Shown here: positions 1 through 11,700 of the stretch, piece by piece | Position numbering within the stretch: the first letter of the stretch is position 1 | Layout of the letters: every line of letters starts with the position of its first letter | Origin: Cirrosporium novae-zelandiae | Lineage: Eukaryota | Length of the DNA stretch: 64,000 nt | Direction of reading: 5' to 3' | Assembly (NCBI GenBank): GCA_026023565.1 | Contig: JAPETS010000001.1 | Span: 806,001-870,000 of the forward strand | Notes under the pieces: model-generated | Database searches by the model: none | What the model was told of the DNA's origin: nothing | Seen by the model: the letters and a program-made list of their open reading frames with translations, nothing else | Position numbers and translations under genes: made by a program

Positions 1-319
1 CTTGAAGAGGGAGACGGAAATTAGGGGCTGCACGATTGTTTACGCCACGCACATATTGGATAATCTCGCAGGATGGCCCACGTATCTTGTTCACATGCAC
101 CTAGGAAAGATAAAGCAATGGGGTCCTATAGAGGAGTTTAACATCAGTTCTTACGAAGACTCGGGGAATAGTCGTCTCGGTCAATTAGTTCTAGGATGGT
201 TAAAGCAAGATTTAGAGGAGCGGGGGCCGCGGCAAGGGCAACAAAATCAAGGGAAAACATATGAGTCGTTGGAAGGAAAGGGAGGGTATGGCCATGAGAA
301 CATTGCGAAGATGAATTAG
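1..319 (+). CDS. CAF16: 3' end of soluble ABC ATPase, CCR4-NOT-associated factor Caf16-like (partial, runs off window start)
   Basis: ORF 2..319 has the ABC H-loop region TIVYATHILDNL followed by WPTYLVHMHLG, as recalled for fungal Caf16 homologues. Confidence 0.75.
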   Translation, partial: LKRETEIRGCTIVYATHILDNLAGWPTYLVHMHLGKIKQWGPIEEFNISSYEDSGNSRLGQLVLGWLKQDLEERGPRQGQQNQGKTYESLEGKGGYGHENIAKMN

Positions 320-386
320 GTTTGGTGAATATTTTATTGCTTTTATTTCTATGATACCCCCCCCCCTAGTTTCAACAACTTAGGTT

Positions 387-2849
387 TCAACAACTCAAAG
401 GGAGTTCGCTTATTTTAAATAACCTCAAGGAGGTATCCTCACTGGCAACTGCCAATTCACCGCTTTCATGCTGTTCCTGTGCTTTTTGTTCCTCCCCATC
501 TGACATCAATACTTGTCTTTCACAAGGCCTCCAGCATAAACTAGTAATAGTTCTTGAAAAGCTATATTTTGCACCAACCCGATATTGTGCTACTTTCTCA
601 AAGTTTTGGGGCACACTCAGCGCATAGATATCAAGCTCCCCAGATTCAAAGCCAACCGCGAGGTGTAAAGTCTGCCTTATAATACGCTGCATGAATGAGA
701 CCGCTGATACCCCTTCCGTTGTGGGTATACTTGTCTTCATGTTAAAATTGTCTCCCTCAGCTCCCCATATTTTTACAGCCTTTTCCCGACCAGCAGTTAC
801 AAAGATACAACCACACTCTTTTGGCGCCCAGTCACAGTCATGGATCATTCGAGTATGAGCCTTGGGGTTTGAACTCCGAAGACTATATTCAAGTGGTTTC
901 CCTTCGACTCGCTGGAAAACTGCCCATTTTCGATCACGTCCCACGCTCAATAATTGGGCATCATCTTCAGAGAAACAAAGGCTTGCAACTGTAAGTGAAT
1001 GAACTGTCAGTACTGGCTTAATTTCTTGCCAGTTCTCGGTGTTGTATAATCGAATGACAGCGTGGTCGATTGAACTTGCTTTACAGGCTGTGGCTACAAC
1101 TCTAAGATCATGACTTGCAGCAATGGCAGAGATCTCGTAACCATGACCATATAGCTTTTCGCATTCTGGCCATAGAGTATGCCTTGCGAGATCGTCCTCT
1201 AGAGGCGGGTGTTGAAGATCAGGGATAGAAGAAGAAGAAGAAGCGGAGGCGGGATTTATAGCATCTCTAGATTCTTCTGCTGTATCTTCAGTTTTATTTT
1301 CGTTTTGTTCCTCATTTTCCGTGGCCTTATTTGACAATCCAAGCACTGGCATACTTGCTGACTCGGGCATTATGCTCTCATCAATTTGTTTCACGCCGCA
1401 AAGCCGTTCCAGCACTTTTGCTATAGGCTTCGGCTCGTCAAAGACTCGAAGGAGCTTTTCATCTGCACCAGAAATGAACTGCCGACTACCAAGTGAAGCT
1501 ATGCAATTCAAATCGTAACCATGAATTTGTGGTCTCGAGAATTCATGCCAGGTAGTTTGGCCATTCCCTATCCATCGAGAATGAAGCCTGGTTGTCTGAT
1601 CAGAGCTGGTAGAAAGGAGATATTCGCCTTTGCTCGACCAAGTGATACCCGTTACTGCTCGTACATGGCCGCTGATACCATTGCGCTGTATCCATCGACC
1701 GGATCCTGTATCGTGGTCCCATAGCCTCCAACTGCCAGTTCGGCTCAGGGATGTTACAGTCTGACCGTTCGGTGACCAGAGGCCGATCCAGAACCCGCCT
1801 GTGCTTCCTGTGGCCGTCGTCGAACCTTTCTGGGCATTTATTTCGCCAAGCCGGGTATCACAGACCCAAATACCAGTATTAGATTTACTCCAGATCGCCA
1901 AAGAGTTATCAGCAGAAGTTGTAAGTAGTCGGAGCTGACCATCTTTAAACCGAGTCCATGCCGAGGTATGTATCCAATCCTCGTGCCCTATCAACAATGC
2001 CTCGAACGTAGCAGCATAGTTGACCTCGGCTACCTGGAACGACTGTAATTTGGCTTCCAATGGCTTAAGGGCCGTTTCTCCAGCCACAGGAGTATAAACT
2101 TTGACCGAGTGTGTAGTATTCCTAGACACTCTCCATAGGCGAATATATTTGTCCTGACTAGCCGAGGCCATGATAAGATCATCATGGGAGTTATCCTCCT
2201 GAGTAATTGCAAGCGAGTTGATCCAGCCTTCATGGCCTTCTAGTGTAGAACTCAGAGAAAATTCAGACTGGTTTTCTCCTATGTTTGAGGTATACAGTTG
2301 TATCCTTTTGTTCGTACCTGCTGCAGCTAGAACAGTAGGTACGGAATCAGGCTGTATGGATTTCTGTAGACTGTTTAGTGCAAGGGCCAGCGGTATAAAA
2401 CGTGGAGTTATGTTTATTTTTTGCACAAGATCGGCCTTAATTTCTGGAGATTGATGAAACTTCCATATAGATATTGTAGCATCAGCAGCACCGACAGCGA
2501 ATATGCTTGCTTGTGGTTCAACTGCAATGATATTTATAGATTTCCGGTGTTCAAGAACAGCCTTGCATGAAAAGTCCAAGGAAGAGATAGAGGAGGCCTG
2601 CCATATTCGTACGCATCGGTCTGCGGAGCCAGTAATGATGATAGGAAAATGAGGGAAAAACCTGACTGCCGTAACCTGATCGCTATGTCCTGAGAATAGA
2701 CGCCGTACACCTTGAGCTGTCAGTGGGTTCCAGAGAGCAACATTCTTATCAGCGCCGAAGGCAAGGAGACCTGAGTCCGCATCCCAATCAGCGGCTGCTG
2801 GGTTTCTGTTGCCGCCAATGCTGATATACTCCGATGCAACTGACACCAT
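387..2849 (-). CDS. ELP2: Elongator complex subunit 2 (WD40 double propeller), intronless
   Basis: 820-aa WD40 ORF with Elp2 motifs LEGHEGWI, ASASQDKYIRLW, EALLIGHEDW, WHEFSRPQIHGYD, TLWPECEKLYGHGYE. Confidence 0.96.
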   Translation of the reverse strand: MVSVASEYISIGGNRNPAAADWDADSGLLAFGADKNVALWNPLTAQGVRRLFSGHSDQVTAVRFFPHFPIIITGSADRCVRIWQASSISSLDFSCKAVLEHRKSINIIAVEPQASIFAVGAADATISIWKFHQSPEIKADLVQKINITPRFIPLALALNSLQKSIQPDSVPTVLAAAGTNKRIQLYTSNIGENQSEFSLSSTLEGHEGWINSLAITQEDNSHDDLIMASASQDKYIRLWRVSRNTTHSVKVYTPVAGETALKPLEAKLQSFQVAEVNYAATFEALLIGHEDWIHTSAWTRFKDGQLRLLTTSADNSLAIWSKSNTGIWVCDTRLGEINAQKGSTTATGSTGGFWIGLWSPNGQTVTSLSRTGSWRLWDHDTGSGRWIQRNGISGHVRAVTGITWSSKGEYLLSTSSDQTTRLHSRWIGNGQTTWHEFSRPQIHGYDLNCIASLGSRQFISGADEKLLRVFDEPKPIAKVLERLCGVKQIDESIMPESASMPVLGLSNKATENEEQNENKTEDTAEESRDAINPASASSSSSIPDLQHPPLEDDLARHTLWPECEKLYGHGYEISAIAASHDLRVVATACKASSIDHAVIRLYNTENWQEIKPVLTVHSLTVASLCFSEDDAQLLSVGRDRKWAVFQRVEGKPLEYSLRSSNPKAHTRMIHDCDWAPKECGCIFVTAGREKAVKIWGAEGDNFNMKTSIPTTEGVSAVSFMQRIIRQTLHLAVGFESGELDIYALSVPQNFEKVAQYRVGAKYSFSRTITSLCWRPCERQVLMSDGEEQKAQEQHESGELAVASEDTSLRLFKISELPLSC

Positions 2850-3099
2850 TGAGAATATTTATTTTAAAGTATTTTCCGCGACGAGAACATGACGGAGACT
2901 CTGACGTTCGTTAGTTAGATGAAAAAAAATTAAGCTTACACCTTATCGATAAGGCACAAATATCAGCGTGCACTGACCATCAAAATTTATTTGCATGTAC
3001 TGTACAGTACATGCTTTAGAAGCTATCGGTTTCCAACTTCATTAGGAACCCTTTATTCCGTATCAACATCTACTAATAAATACCTTGTCAAGATAAAAC

Positions 3100-3524
3100 A
3101 TGGTTTCTAATACCATCGACATTGTAGTCGAATTTACGTACGTCGTCTTGGTCTTATAGACGTGATTCGAACTAAGATTTTTCTAGTGGGGGGCTTGAGA
3201 TGCTCTTTTCAAATGAAAGGAAGCACAAAATTGCTCTCCCAGCGGCAGATAAAGATGGGAAACCTAGCAATATTGCGTTTCTTGTTCGATATTTGTGCGA
3301 GAATCTTATGACAGACGCAAGGAAGGAGCTCTTTGTTATGGATAATACAGTGTAAGATTACATCCTGTTGGATTTACAGCGTATCTGATTTACCATTGTT
3401 TCGCAGGAGGCCAGGCATCCTCGTTCTAATAAACGAAGCAGACTGGGAACTTGAAGGAGAGGCGAATTACGAAATTCAAAAGAATGATGATATACTATTT
3501 GTGTCAACCCTACATGGGGGGTGA
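3100..3524 (+). CDS. URM1: Ubiquitin-related modifier Urm1 (sulfur carrier for tRNA U34 thiolation), 2 introns
   Basis: Spliced reading [28 protein letters not shown]...RKELF...[18 protein letters not shown]...[10 protein letters not shown]; the C-terminal STLHGG is diagnostic. Confidence 0.95.
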
Positions 3525-3724
3525 TTGATTCTTAGTACTCGTTACAATCGAACAGGTCTTACACTCGCTATACGCAACCTATAATGAAGTTGATCAAACG
3601 ACGGATAGGAAGAGCCAATAATCTCTAAGTTTGAGATTTGGGACATTCGCGTCAAGAAATTTTCAAAATCAGATCTAAAAGACCGCTAGTAAGCGTCCGG
3701 TCAATGTCTCATGCATAAAACATT

Positions 3725-6327
3725 TCATTCCAAACCACTTTCGGTCCTCAAGCGTGTTACATCAATATGCTCTTGAACATTCTTTCCGTGCATGGGAGTA
3801 ACAGCACCGGATCTGATCAAAGGACTGCCCAATCCAGGGAATGGCGAAGCAGTTCCACTCGGTGGTACCGGTATCTTTAGATCCTCGGGTGAGCCTGGTA
3901 TGATCTCTTCAGGCACGCCAAGGATTGGAATTCTCGATGCCTCATTCTGATAGCTAGCAGGAATAATCTGAAAAAGAAATATTATCAGTTAATTTTTAAG
4001 GATAAGTTATAAAGTAGATGCGTAACTCTGATTGACTGACCTCTATGATCTCGTTTCGGGGAAATTGCAGGCTAGGAATGTCGCTTGCATGACAAGCCAT
4101 TAAATATCCATAGAGAACTCGTAAGACGCTTTCATGCGCAATGAGAAGCAAATCATTTTTTTCACGTTCAAGTTCCAAGATGATGGGTTCCAATCGCACA
4201 GCAAGATCATGGTATGACTATTGACTCTTTTAGTACAGTTCATCATATGCCTGCTTGCTAGAAAGGGGATCATACTTCTGCTCTTGGGTAGCGGTGATGA
4301 TAGGGATCGGCCTCGTGTTTGGTGACTTCTTCTGGATATTGCGCCCTGATACGTCTTTCTGAAAGCTTTTCGCAGACTCCAGGGTTAAGCTGTCTCATTT
4401 GAGTTCTTTGTCGCACTTTATAACCATTTTCCTCGAAAATTTCCGCTGTTTGTACAGTTCTCCGTCGAGGCGACGTCCAAACCGTTAAGGGCCGTGTGGG
4501 TGTTTCTATTCCACCTCGGCTTACAACAGCTTGATGCTCTTGTTCGCGATGGTTAGTCAAGGCTTCGCACAGCTTACGAGCGTAATCTCGTCCTGCATCC
4601 GATAGGGGAGCATCCACTTTATATGAATCTTCCTCACGCGAAGTTCCAGCCTAAAGCAAGTCAGACAATCCTAGGTAGTCACCAGATGCAGGAAAACATA
4701 CTCGGGCAAAATAGGTTCTTCGAGATTTGATATGTAAATTCAGAAGATAGAAGACAATCCTATGGGATAGATAGCCGAATGAGCAGTTATTCACAGCCAC
4801 CCGTTCACCCGCATTGATTAACTATGTGTTCATTGTTAGATATGTTCTTGTTTTCATTGAAAATGCATTACTTCATGCCTTGATATAATTAAGTTCTGGT
4901 TCTTCCATCGTCTCGAAATGTGGGATCTTGGCCGCGATTCTGGTCAAATAATGCTTGACAGCGTCATCAGGATCCCAGCCGATATACTTTACGTCGAAAT
5001 GTCAGTCAAGATCTATTCCATCACCAAGTGCCTTAGTTCATACATCAGGCGAAGAAATCTTGACGCTTCGAACGTTTTCTTCTATGATTTTCTCATCATC
5101 ACAGTTTGATTCAATGAAGAGCGTCTATGCCTCAATTTGTCAGCTAATTCATGATAATACTGTTTTGGCGTTGAAAGTCTACACATAATGCAAAAACAAA
5201 ATAAGAGCCGCCCTACCTCCACATCATGTTTTGCGAATTCCTTCGCCAATGATCGTCGGCCTGCAGCAAGCCCATTGACAGCATCGTAGATTGCTACTTG
5301 CCCATTCTCAACGTCTAGGAAATGGTATACATCTTCACGGCATTTCCGGAGGATTTTTTGCCTTAGAAGAACCGAAGAGGCAGAAGCTACATGAACGAAA
5401 TGTTAGAACATGCGATATCAAGTGTCTTCAAAGGCAGAAAGGATATGTAGATGACCGCAGGAAAAGAGCAACGGTGTGGAACAAAACCGGATCTGCATTG
5501 GTTTTAGGAATCGGAATAAACTAAACCAAACCCAGCCAATTTGATACTATATTTTGCTGCTCAACTAGATATACGATGCTACTGTGCTTTCAAGCAAAAT
5601 GGGCTAGATTTTAGCTTGCTATAAATTATATTTCTCGACGGAATCCTAAATCGATTCTTAAGGCAAATCTGGCTGAGCTGGGGTTTGGATTGGCCGATTG
5701 GTCATATTTCGACCTGAAGTGTAATTTTAAAAACAGGGTAACATGCTTACCATTTACGAAGAAATAATCATCTGGTACATCTTGGCCTTCCGGCATGGTA
5801 GCCCGTCGATAATCACCTAGATGAAAGACTCGGGTTTTGACACCCAACCTTGAATATTCTATTGGCACACTTATTATTCTCACATGTATGTGGACAGGAT
5901 CACTGACCATCGGAGATACCTGGCCAGCGCGACTGATATATGACTAAGATATATTAGCCCTGACCTTTAGCAGGAATCATCATCTACAGTCATCCAACGT
6001 ACGTTTTCCCCCTAGCAGGTAGGCCAACTGTTGCAATAGCAATCTTTCCGGCATGAAATAATCGACCTGATTCTGTGCTATACAGCTGCGCTGGGGCCAT
6101 CTCAAATCTTTCCGGGAGGTCATGGATTGCATCGACAAAGGTACTGGATTTGCGCCGGAAACGCGGGGAATTCGCCGCCACCTCTGCGGTTCTTTTTTAT
6201 CCGTTAGTATGGGTTCGTAGTATGTGGAAGAGATAGTGGTTCGAAAGTGTGTTGGTAGAGAGGGATAACTATCAGGATGACTAGGGAAGACTAGCAAGAA
6301 CATGAATACATACAGAAGAGTATCCAT
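3725..6327 (-). CDS. Bifunctional 6-phosphofructo-2-kinase/fructose-2,6-bisphosphatase family protein, multi-exon
   Basis: Exon 1 MDTLL joined to TAEVAANSPRFRRKSS; P-loop VGLPARGKT; VFHLGDYRR; histidine-phosphatase-like domain (TVWTSPRRRTVQTA, PYHHRYPRAES, LLLIAHESVLRVLYGY). Confidence 0.92.
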
Positions 6328-7130
6328 CTTAATTCAAAGAAAGCACGGCCAGGATTTCCAACTAGTCACTATGGAAAAGACAGTAAACCTATGTTCAAAT
6401 AATCTAGAAATAGATGCGTGGTTGCCAAGTGCGGATATCGAAGGGGATTGATTGTGTCTGGTCCAGCCGGTCACAAGGGAAGACAGCAGCTTTGGAGGCT
6501 TACTACCAGATTGTTTGAGTTCAGGGAGGGTTAGGAGTGGAGATTTGTAGGGTCAAGAGTCAGCAGAATCAGTATTTGATACTGATGATCATTTCCACAT
6601 CTCTCCTTTCAGTTAAAAGAACTACATTATGTAGATTGACCCAGGGTTCATATTGAATTGCTTTTAAAAAGGCGCATGCCGTGGAACTTAAGAGCGCAAA
6701 AGCGCAAAAAGCGGGCATATCCTCGGGGATTAGGTCCAACCGGGGGGTTATCAATTACGTCATCAAGAATGTGCTTTGTGTGCATCGGGTTTCAAAAGTT
6801 TCTCCGGCTGAACAAACTTCTTCCGTCCTTTTTTCGGCTTCTTCCCTTCACACTCAACGACCGACACCTGGGACACCTTAGGCAAACCACTAAACTACTA
6901 CCTAATAAAATTTGAAGAGGATTGGGAACAAATGAGCTAAACAGCTTGTCAGAATTATTGAACCCCCATATACCCATCAACCTCCGGAGTTCAGCTCGAC
7001 TTCTCCTCTAACCCCCTCACCACTCCTCTCTCTTTAGAGCACCCCCCTACTTGATTGAGCCATTAAGCGTCCGCCATCCTCTTACAGACATTGTTGCTTT
7101 TTCGTCCCAATTCCCAGTCCCATTGCGATA

Positions 7131-8327
7131 ATGGCCGCTGAACAAAGTCCGGCACCTGTACCTCTTTTGCAGAATAATATATTCAGCGCGGCTATACGAG
7201 ATATCTATAATGCCTTTCAACAGCGAAGAGATGCCCTCGGGTTATCCAATCCTGGCACTGTTGAAAACATCTCCCGTGAGGTTCAGAGAGATGTGCTTGT
7301 TACGAATTTCATGTTTCAAGGCCTCCGGGCCGACTTGACGAAAGCCTTTAGCATTTCACCCGTATTCCAAATATCCCACAATCTATCTATGGGTAGCCAG
7401 GCTATGCCGCCATACCAATTCGGTGCTCTTTTTGGGAACCCAAGTGTGCGTTTTGTGTCAATGATCCCTAACGATTGCACCCGATACTGACCGCTTATGC
7501 GCATAGGTATTCCTCCAAGGGGGCATTGATAACGATGGACAGATGAACGGAATATTCAATTACAGATGGACGTCTGCTCTGGTATCCAAATCTCAAATGC
7601 AGCTCGCGCCCGACCAAGCCATGCTGTCTTTTGAAAACGTGTACACTGGCAAAGATTTCTCCGCATCCATCAAGTCCATCAACCCATCTTTGATGGAGGG
7701 TGGTCTTACTGGCCTCTTCATGGCTAGCTACCTACAATCTGTCACACCCAGCCTTGCATTGGGCGTAGATGCTGTGTGGCAACGACAGGGTCTAGATCGA
7801 GGACCAGACACGGCAGTCTCATACAGTGCCAGATACAAGAAAGAAGACTGGATATTAAGCGGTCAATATGCAGCCCAAGGCATTCTTCAAACATCATTCT
7901 GGCGGAGAATCACAGAAAAGGTTGAAGCTGGTGTTGACATGAACCTTCAATTTGCACCGGGCTTGGGACCCAGAGGTGGAGGCATGATGGGCGCGGCGAT
8001 GCAGAAGGAAGGCTCAACTTCAGTGGGAGCTAAATATACGTTCCGAAACTCAACATTTAGAGCTCAGGTGGATTCGACGGGCCGTGTCGGTTGTGTATTG
8101 GAGAGGAGAGTTGCTACCCTGGTTAATTTAACATTTGCGGGCGAAATTGACCAGCCTAAGGTACGTCTATGCATCATCTTGAACATTTTGTCCAGTATTT
8201 CTAACTTCATACACAGAAACAAGCCAAAATAGGCCTAGCAGTCTCCATCGAAGCGGCGGGAGACGACATCCTCGAGCAACAAGAGAAAGCCATGGGGGGT
8301 GACACGCCTACCCCGCCACCATATTAA
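7131..8327 (+). CDS. TOM40: Mitochondrial outer membrane translocase channel Tom40, 2 introns
   Basis: [32 protein letters not shown], beta-barrel strands [12 protein letters not shown] and [10 protein letters not shown]-terminal PPPY*. Confidence 0.95.
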
Positions 8328-8746
8328 ATGCGCTTGCATCACACTAACTAAATCCGAAGTTCGCAGCTTCCGCTAGACAACATCAGCCCCTACTGTTACC
8401 ATTAGCTTCACTATCTAGCTGTGGCTCTGCGGACTCCGGGATAGGAACAAAAAAGTCGTGTCCGTGTCTGAATCTTCTCCCATGGTAACGACTCAAAAAA
8501 CCAAAAAAATATTCCCCATGTTTCGCTCAGAATGTCTTACTACATACACATCCATCCATTCATGTCCACATCCACCTAACTAACTCCTTTTCCTACCTGG
8601 TATTCAAAACCTCCGATCCATAAAAGTTCCCGCATGGTAGGACACATCAGATCAACGGTCATCATCACCATCATTATCGTTGGGTATAGTTTGTTTGGTT
8701 TGAGACCCAGGTTCAAATTCGCGACGCAAGATTTTTTTCCTCCTCA

Positions 8747-8793
8747 ATGTCATGTCATGTCATGTCATCCATCCATCCATCCATCCATCCATC
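8747..8793. repeat. Compound microsatellite (TGTCA)n/(CATC)n
   Basis: tgtcatgtcatgtcatgtcatccatccatccatccatccatccatc read directly. Confidence 0.85.
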
Positions 8794-11700
8794 ATTTTCC
8801 GATTCTGTATAGATGTTTTCACGCAAGAAGCTTCCTTTGAGCGGTTTAACTCTAACCTACTTTTACTGTCTTACTTATGTATGTGCTGGGATTAAATGAG
8901 AATATGGAATATCGGTCGCCCCTTGGGAGGGGTAATTTGAGCAGGGGGGTAAGGGGGGAGAGGGGAAGGAGAGAAAAAAAGAGACTGTTTTTTGAAGATA
9001 CCGGCCGGGTTTTGCACATTGTGACACTAAGGTGAGAGATCTAAAAAAAGGATAGTGCAAATCAGGTCTCAAGAGCGAACAACGACAACAAATAACATGT
9101 ATAAAAGCACTAAATAAATAATGACTTTAAAATTAAAATTCTCCGCTCCTTATTACGGCTAGTCACTTCCCTCTAAGCATTTCCATATATCAGGGAACCT
9201 CCAAAAAGACAGAAAGAATAAATAGAAAAAAGAAAGCATTAATAGGACCAGGCTCAAATACTTTACCCCTCCGAAAACCTTTAACTGATTGCCACCATGA
9301 ACTTCACACGATACATGTCCTCATCCCATCCCATCCCACGCTTTCACCAAGAAGCCTTATCATCGATAAGCAAAGTTCCTGCGATAGTGGAGAAACTCCA
9401 TTGACTGGTTAGCATACCTATCGAGTGAGTGTCCGCCTGTCTGAGTTTGGTTCGTTTTCTGAAAGATGAATTATTGCTATTAGGCGATAAATAACCAGGA
9501 GGGACGAGTGGTGGCTTCCGGTACTGATTATGGGAGTATAGGAGAGGTTGAGGGTTCGAGGATTATAAGGAATAAGAAGTGAAACTCGGGGATGCCGGGA
9601 AGATGTCGGTCTTCCATACTCACCGACCTGGCTAGGAAATTCGCAACTAGAATATAATTCTATCTCCTAGGTATATTTAATTGAGACATCATCCGTCAAC
9701 AGGAGGGAGCGATTACATGACATCGAAATTCTCTCACCTTTTTGCGTCAACTGGATTTGTAGTTGCTGAAGGAGCGTAATCGAGTTTCAGTGTTGAAGAT
9801 CGATAAAAAAGCCCCGTTAAAAACATTCCACGTACCTTGTCGAGAGGTTCTCATGTATATTTCTCAAGTCAGCCTGTTATGAAATGGATACTTCCAAGGT
9901 CCACTGAGGGGAATTCTGAGTCACATCAATGAAGACTTGAGCTGTCCTATAAGCTTGATTGTTTCAAATAAGAACGTTCAGTGTGAATATGCTAAGTTTC
10001 CGGTTCACCGTATCATCCTTTTCTTCTGATATTTCGGAGTTGATGTCAATATGAAGTTTGGGCAGGAGCGGAACAAAAATTGGAAATCAATAGGAAGGTA
10101 TGAAACTGCAGGCACCCCATCTGAATGGATTGGAATTGATATCCATTGGCGGTAATAAGCCGTAACTTTAACACCCCTCGCCTCTTGTTTACTCGTTTCT
10201 TTTGCGGGAAAAACCGTGGCACCAACGTCAGGAACCCGATGGAGCAAGGAAGCAGCAAGCAGTGCCAAGATAAAACAACGAAAACAGAGCGTTGCAGATT
10301 CTTTTTCTTTCTTGTAAGGCTGTGATCATGATGCAGCAAATGTATGAGCGATAAACTACCTTTCTTTTTGGCTTCTCGTAGCTTCCTTGGATTATCTCGG
10401 AGAAGCCGTTTAAGGAGAACCTCGGATGACAAAACTTGGTCCAGTGATAATGTCTGCCCAGGTCACATTGAACATCGACTGCTCACTACGTATGGTGAAA
10501 TTCTTCTTTCTTTCAGAATTTCGACACGATGATGGGACATATTCGCCCTGAACACAAATGACTGGCAATTCTCAAGTAGCTGAAAAATCACTTATACCTA
10601 ATTCTTCCGAAGTATAGAACATAACGCTGGGTGTATCCTGAACAAGGACATGGAGGCCGTAACCTTCTACCAGCTTGTTTTATTTTCCATCTCTTTTCGA
10701 ACTTGTTTCAATTACGTATTAAATCAACCTCCGCTCATTTTCTCAGCCGCAAAGTCTGATATTCGGAAACTTTGTTTGCGAAGTAGACAATCAATGCTGC
10801 CAAATCCTAAATCACCTGCTAAGATTTGCTGAAGCTCTCTTCATCAAGACTTCGTTCTTGGCAGATGGTCAGACATTTTGGCAATATCTTCGGTAGACAA
10901 CGTTCAGCAGCAGATAGAGAACCAGGACTAAGAGGAGCAAATAAAACACTGCAGCTGTCCTCTCTAAAGAGATTAAGATTAACATAAGATCGACAGTCAC
11001 GGGATACCCTAAGACCGATCCAAATGAATGGATCGGTAGGATGAAAACATAACACGTCCATCATATACCGGAGCACAACAACCACTACCCGAATCAACAG
11101 GGAGCATAAGGGACGTTTCCGGTAGTAGTGGTCTTCCTGTTAGCACAGCCTGACTTTTGGAAGGAATATGTTGGAACCCGTGACGTTATTATCAACCGTT
11201 AACGGATTCTGCATACCGTATACTCATATATTCAGAATACATTCAAGTGAGTATGGCGGAAGTTCTCGTGGGGTTAACCTTTTCGTTCAAATGGCTCAAT
11301 CGATAGTCAAAGCCGACTGCTCCTCGAAAAATGTTACGCAAAAGGATCTAGGGATTTTCAATTCGTCTTCAGGGCACACACGTTCGGAGACTTTTGCCGC
11401 AAAAACCAAGACCGTCGTCGTACCATTCTCGGGTTGTTCCACAATAAAACCAAGAGTTTGGGTGCTTCCGGCGGGATCCAAAAACTCAGCATTTCCAGAG
11501 AAAGTGAGATGACTTGTAGCTTTGACAGCAAGATATGGTGAAACGGTGTTAACGGGAGGTTGAAGGTTGGTTTTAAAAATAAAAGGGTTGGAGCGAGAAA
11601 AAAACTGGATGTTAGAGAAAAGAAGGTTACGGATAGGTGAAGATGAGATGATGAGATGGCATTGCCAGCAGAAATGGGCCCCGGGGACGATCGTGCACAC

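Noticed and set aside
11014..11037. Perfect 9-bp hairpin ACCGATCCA-N6-TGGATCGGT
   Set aside because: Stems of this length are expected by chance in 64 kb; no supporting context
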